This document shows, one piece after another, positions 63,281 through 64,000 of a stretch of 64,000 nt of DNA. Every line of letters begins with the position of its first letter. Position 1 is the first letter of the stretch. The position numbers were made by a program, and so were the translations under genes. The notes under the pieces are model-generated. The model was given only the letters and a program-made list of their open reading frames with translations. It made no database searches and was not told the origin of the DNA. Source of the stretch: an uncultured Verrucomicrobiaceae bacterium (GTDB lineage: Bacteria > Pseudomonadota > Gammaproteobacteria > Pseudomonadales > CAMLJR01); assembly GCA_964500675.1 (NCBI GenBank), contig CAZCNY010000005.1, positions 73,612 to 137,611 of the forward strand. The letters are read 5' to 3'.

Positions 63281-64000
63281 CACCCGACGCCTCAGCGACG
63301 ATCGTTGCGGATTCGTCGCGGCCGCCAAAACGGCGCTCACGTTGCGCAAATACTTGCAGCGCGCGCAGCATTTCGAGCTCGCCGAAATCCGGCCAAAACA
63401 CATCAGTGAAATAAAACTCGGTATACGCGCACTGCCACAACAAGAAATTGCTGATGCGCTGTTCACCCGCCGTGCGAATCAATAAATCAGGTTTTGGCAG
63501 TTCCGATAAGGCCGTGTGACGATCGAATAACTCGGCGTCGATTTGTTCGGGGCGCAACTCGCCTCTTGCCACTTGCTGCGCCAATGCGCGCGCCGCGTTG
63601 ACGATATCCCACTGTCCGCCGTAATCGACTGCAATCACAAGATGCGAAGCGGTATTCGTCGCCGTGAGCCGTTCGGCTTCGGCCATTTTCTTTTGCAGAC
63701 CGGATTTGAGCCGATCGCGCTGACCGATAAAATGCAAGCGCACATTATCTTCATGCAGTTTTTTTACTTCGCTGCCGAGATAAACGGAAAACAATTGCAT
63801 CAAGGCGGTCACTTCAGCACTGGGTCGCGTCCAGTTCTCGCTGCTGAAAGCGAACAGCGTCAACACTTCCACGCCGTTTTTACGGCAGGTGCGCAGTACC
63901 GTGCGAATCGTTTCGACACCCGCGCGATGACCAGCCGCGCCGGGCAAACCGCGGCGTTTCGCCCAGCGATTGTTGCCGTCCATGATAATCGCGACGTGAC
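63273..64000 (-). CDS. uppS: Undecaprenyl-diphosphate synthase, 5' end cut by the window edge
   Basis: The frame stays open to position 64000 and reads HVAIIMDGNNRWA, as in E. coli UppS HVAIIMDGNGRWA. Conserved ENW.RP and RTAGEQRISNFLLWQ. Confidence 0.95.
   Translation of the reverse strand, partial: HVAIIMDGNNRWAKRRGLPGAAGHRAGVETIRTVLRTCRKNGVEVLTLFAFSSENWTRPSAEVTALMQLFSVYLGSEVKKLHEDNVRLHFIGQRDRLKSGLQKKMAEAERLTATNTASHLVIAVDYGGQWDIVNAARALAQQVARGELRPEQIDAELFDRHTALSELPKPDLLIRTAGEQRISNFLLWQCAYTEFYFTDVFWPDFGELEMLRALQVFAQRERRFGGRDESATIVAEASGDA

Overview
Chromosomal window from a Gammaproteobacterium, judged from gene content and synteny. GC looks moderately high by eye and was not computed. About 16.6-64 kb is almost entirely minus-strand core genes. 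These are purC-bamC-dapA, a DUF1631-like gene, a complete type II secretion operon gspCDEFGHIJKLMN with apbE start/stop-coupled to its 3' end, a DegP/MucD-type protease and rpoS. They are followed by the conserved block pcm-truD-ispF-ispD-ftsB-eno-kdsA-pyrG-tilS-accA-dnaE-rnhB-lpxB-lpxA-fabZ-lpxD-skp-bamA-rseP-dxr-cdsA-uppS, with uppS cut by the window edge. The left ~16 kb is accessory and holds three modules. (i) A LysR regulator lies divergent from a Rieske oxygenase / orphan 107-aa ORF / TauD-family dioxygenase operon. (ii) An OmpR-type two-component system lies divergent from two tandem paralogous ~650-aa Cys-rich beta-propeller exoproteins, followed by a TonB-dependent receptor. (iii) A small His/Cys membrane protein, a second TonB-dependent receptor and an acyltransferase-3 gene share one strand. 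I recognised no rRNA, tRNA, CRISPR array, transposase, integrase or phage gene. The best candidate for an undescribed system is module (ii), whose two paralogs share a phased upstream motif (TTAAG-N6-TTAAG-N6-YTGGCAAAGTGC). Other oddities: surE and nlpD are absent from the truD-pcm-rpoS block and an 820-bp partly AT-rich non-coding spacer sits upstream of rpoS. There is also a small REP-like palindrome family, and short tandem duplications recur at gene 3' ends and in intergenic spacers. All family assignments come from reading motifs and from remembered homologs. No database search was run.
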